Positions 61,288-64,000 of a stretch of DNA of 64,000 nt are shown in pieces. How positions within the stretch are numbered: position 1 is the stretch's first letter; each line of letters begins with the position of its first letter. This DNA is from an uncultured delta proteobacterium (GTDB lineage Bacteria > Desulfobacterota > Binatia > UBA9968): contig CAVWLW010000059.1 in NCBI GenBank assembly GCA_963755715.1, forward strand, positions 32,001 through 96,000, in the 5' to 3' direction. A program made the translations under genes and the position numbers. Under the pieces are notes generated by a model. It saw only the letters and a list, made by a program, of their open reading frames with translations. It made no database searches and was not told the DNA's origin.

Positions 61288-61416
61288 CGCCCAGCATCGT
61301 TTTTTCGCAATCTCCTCTCTCGATCCTAGCCCTCTCCTCGCGGAGAGGGCTAGGATGAGGTGAAACTCCCACCGCATTAATAGAAAAATATTTGGAACAG
61401 AAGGAATGACACTGCC

Positions 61417-62415
61417 ATGAATACCTGTGCGATCGATATTCACCATCATTACGTGCCCAACAGTCTTTTGGAGGAAGCCAAAAAAAACGGTAAACACCTG
61501 GGCGTGGAGCTGGCCGAGAAAGACGGTCAAAAATCGCTTTCCTTCGCCGGCGGACCGCCCTTCGTGCTCCATCCCGAACTGCCCGCCATCGATGAGCGGC
61601 TCAAGATGATGGCTGACTCAAAGCTCGCCATGGCGGCGCTGGAAGCGCACACAGCGACACTCGGTTACCGGCTTACCGGCGAGCAGGGCGAAAACTGGTG
61701 CAACGTTTACAACGACGGCATCGCCGATTTGGTCAAGCGCTATCCGGACCGCTTTGTCGGCATGGCGTCCGTGCCGCTGCAAGACCCGGCGCGCGCGGCG
61801 AAAGTGTTGGAGCGCGCGGTGCGTGATTTGAACTTTCGCGGCGGCTACATCGGCACCAACGTCAACGGCAACTATTATGGCACCACCGATTTCGATCCCT
61901 TCTGGGCCAAGGCTCAGGAGCTCGACGTGATGGTGGTGATGCATCCCGAAGACGTCGCCGGCGCCGACAAGATGAACCCGTACGGACTCAAATTAATCTG
62001 CGGCAATCCCGCCGACAGCGCGCTCTGCTTCGGCTTCATGACCTACAGCGGCGTGTTCGATCGCTTTCCCAACCTGAAGCTGTGCATTCTTCACGGCGGC
62101 GGATTCTTCCCGTATCATCTCGGCCGCTTCGACCGCGGCTGGGAAGTCCGCGCCGGCGCGCGCGCGGCCAAGGCGAAAATGGCGCCGAGCGCGTATCTCA
62201 AAAACATTTACTACGACGACATGATTTATCGCCTCGACACGATCAAGTACCTGATCGGTCTCGGCGGCATCGACCACATCATGGTCGGCACCGATTACCC
62301 CTATGATCTGGGCGACTGGGAGGCGGCGAAAAAAGTCGAGCAACTGGATATTTCCGATGCCGACAAGCTTTTGCTGCTCGAAGGCAACGCCAAGCGCTTG
62401 CTGAGAATCAAGTAG
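61417..62415 (+). CDS. Amidohydrolase family 2 (ACMSD/decarboxylase-like)
   Basis: 'IDIHHH', 'VPLQDP', 'VMHP', 'HGGGFFPY', 'GTDYPY'. Confidence 0.88.
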   Translation: MNTCAIDIHHHYVPNSLLEEAKKNGKHLGVELAEKDGQKSLSFAGGPPFVLHPELPAIDERLKMMADSKLAMAALEAHTATLGYRLTGEQGENWCNVYNDGIADLVKRYPDRFVGMASVPLQDPARAAKVLERAVRDLNFRGGYIGTNVNGNYYGTTDFDPFWAKAQELDVMVVMHPEDVAGADKMNPYGLKLICGNPADSALCFGFMTYSGVFDRFPNLKLCILHGGGFFPYHLGRFDRGWEVRAGARAAKAKMAPSAYLKNIYYDDMIYRLDTIKYLIGLGGIDHIMVGTDYPYDLGDWEAAKKVEQLDISDADKLLLLEGNAKRLLRIK

Positions 62416-62472
62416 AAAGTTCTTTGCGCGAAAGATCGTAAAGGACAGGCGTGAGTCCCGCGCTTGTCCTTT

Positions 62473-63351
62473 TTATTTTGCCGGAGGTGCTTTCCAATCG
62501 CCGATCCGGGTCGCGTGCAATTTACTGTCCGTTCCCGCCGTCCTCGCGATGCCGTCGATCACTTGACCGTCAACTCGGCCGGTGAATTGGGTGTTCCTAC
62601 TATTGAAAAAGATTTCTGCGCCGCGGAGTTTCCCTGCAACCGGTGCCGACTCGCTGACGCTCTTTAGCGTCCCGGTAAATGTCTGATAAGTTTGTCGGAG
62701 CTTGAGCTCACCTTCGGCGAGCTTCCAAACGCCTTCGACTCTCGCCGGCACGAGCCACAACCGGCCCGTGCACCAGCGCTCGCAGTTATCCGGGGCCGTG
62801 AAAGTTTGATCGGCGTTCCAGTCGCCGATCGCAAAGGTATTGGCGACGATGCGTGCGCCCGGCTTAAGAGCAAGAAGCTTCGGCCGCAGACGAATGTTCA
62901 TCTCCGGCGTAAGAAACAGGACGATCACCGTCGCTTTCGAGAAGTCGCTCGCGAAAATGTCCGCCTTTTCGAAAGTCGCTTTGTCAGCGACGCCGGCTTT
63001 TGCCGCGGCGCGCTTGGAAAATTCGACTAGCTCGGCATCGTATTCGATACCGTGGGCGCGCGCGCCGCGTTTCGCCGCGGCAATGACGTTGCGCCCGTCG
63101 CCGGAACCAAGATCGATCACGTAATCGTCCCGTGTCACCCGCGCCATATCGAGCAGCTTTTCGACCATCACCGTGGGGCTGGGCACCCATACAATATCTT
63201 TGCCGGGTTGGCCTGACTTCGGCGTGTACTCGTTATGCGGCGTCTGCGCGCGGAGCGGCGCAAAGTTGACGACTGTAAACAGTACCGCGATGGCGAACGC
63301 TTGGCGTAACAAATGATTCAGTGGCGATCTACGCAAAATTTGGCGGCTCAC
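62473..63351 (-). CDS. Class I SAM-dependent methyltransferase with putative signal peptide (start uncertain)
   Basis: 'GKDIVWVPSP', 'DLGSGDGR', 'GARIVANTF'. Confidence 0.8.
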   Translation of the reverse strand: MSRQILRRSPLNHLLRQAFAIAVLFTVVNFAPLRAQTPHNEYTPKSGQPGKDIVWVPSPTVMVEKLLDMARVTRDDYVIDLGSGDGRNVIAAAKRGARAHGIEYDAELVEFSKRAAAKAGVADKATFEKADIFASDFSKATVIVLFLTPEMNIRLRPKLLALKPGARIVANTFAIGDWNADQTFTAPDNCERWCTGRLWLVPARVEGVWKLAEGELKLRQTYQTFTGTLKSVSESAPVAGKLRGAEIFFNSRNTQFTGRVDGQVIDGIARTAGTDSKLHATRIGDWKAPPAK

Positions 63352-63391
63352 ACGAGCACTGGATTCCAATTTGCAGTGAAGCGGCTTGCAC

Positions 63392-64000
63392 TCATGGGCG
63401 GGCACGCGTGGCCTTCCAGTTGGCGCCACTCTTAGAAACTCCCGTGATCGTATCGCCGCTGATCCGGCCCGTGTAATCGCTTTCGCCCGCGTTGAAACTG
63501 ATCTCATCGCCGTTGAGCTTACCGTTCTTGATCACGCTCACGTTGCTGCCGGTTTTTACGGTTCCGGTGACTTGTTGGAATGTTTGCGTCAACGTGAGCT
63601 CGCCATCGGCGAGCCGCCAATGCCCTGCCACTTTCGCCGGCACGATCCACAGGAGCGCCGTGCACCAAGTGGTGCAATCCTCGGTGATCGTGAAAGTCTC
63701 GTCCGGGTTCCAGTCGCCCATCGTAAAACTGTTCGAGACAATGCGGGTCCCCGGCTTGAGATCGAGAATCTTTGGGCGCAGCTTCAGATTGATGCCCGGC
63801 AAGAGAAACATCGTGATCACCGAGGCTTGGGAAAAATCGCTCTCGTACAAATCAGCTTTGGCGAAGGTCGCCTTATCGCCGACCCCCTCTTGGGCGGCAT
63901 TGCGCTTCGAGAGCTCGACCATGTCCGGATTGTACTCGATGCCATGGGCACGCACGCCGCGTTTGGCGGCGGTGATGACCGTGCGCCCGTCACCCGAGCC
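63392..64000 (-). CDS. Paralogous class I SAM methyltransferase, 5' end outside the window
   Basis: 'GSGDGRTVITAAKRG', 'TMFLLPGINLKLRP', 'GTRIVSNSF'. Confidence 0.8.
   Translation of the reverse strand, partial: GSGDGRTVITAAKRGVRAHGIEYNPDMVELSKRNAAQEGVGDKATFAKADLYESDFSQASVITMFLLPGINLKLRPKILDLKPGTRIVSNSFTMGDWNPDETFTITEDCTTWCTALLWIVPAKVAGHWRLADGELTLTQTFQQVTGTVKTGSNVSVIKNGKLNGDEISFNAGESDYTGRISGDTITGVSKSGANWKATRARP

Overview
A GC-rich bacterial chromosomal window packed with catabolic and uptake genes. It holds about 20 solute-binding proteins (NMT1/SsuA-like, TctC/Bug, AfuA-like, COG2984), several amidohydrolases, acyl-CoA dehydrogenases, crotonases, a CoA ligase and a double-domain CoA transferase. 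The gene repertoire resembles Candidatus Binatia/Binatota (inference, not tested). No rRNA, tRNA, CRISPR, transposase or transcription regulator was recognised. Highlights: (1) a tripartite tricarboxylate transporter locus where ten tandem tctC paralogs plus a deleted eleventh lie between tctB and tctA, and the last four copies have signal peptides built from a palindromic GTTCAA/TTGAAC repeat that is intergenic elsewhere; (2) a UGSC-motif selenoprotein split by an in-frame UGA followed by a clear SECIS-like hairpin; (3) an integrase-less run of three attC sites with gene cassettes at 17.4-19.7 kb; (4) two DUF559 nuclease genes each bracketed by the same terminal inverted hairpin repeats; (5) heptamer inverted-repeat hairpins of unrelated sequence but shared architecture at operon gene junctions; (6) two extra 3' fragments of an amidohydrolase gene bracketing cargo genes. 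Many single-base frameshifts suggest assembly or long-read indel errors, so pseudogene calls are provisional.
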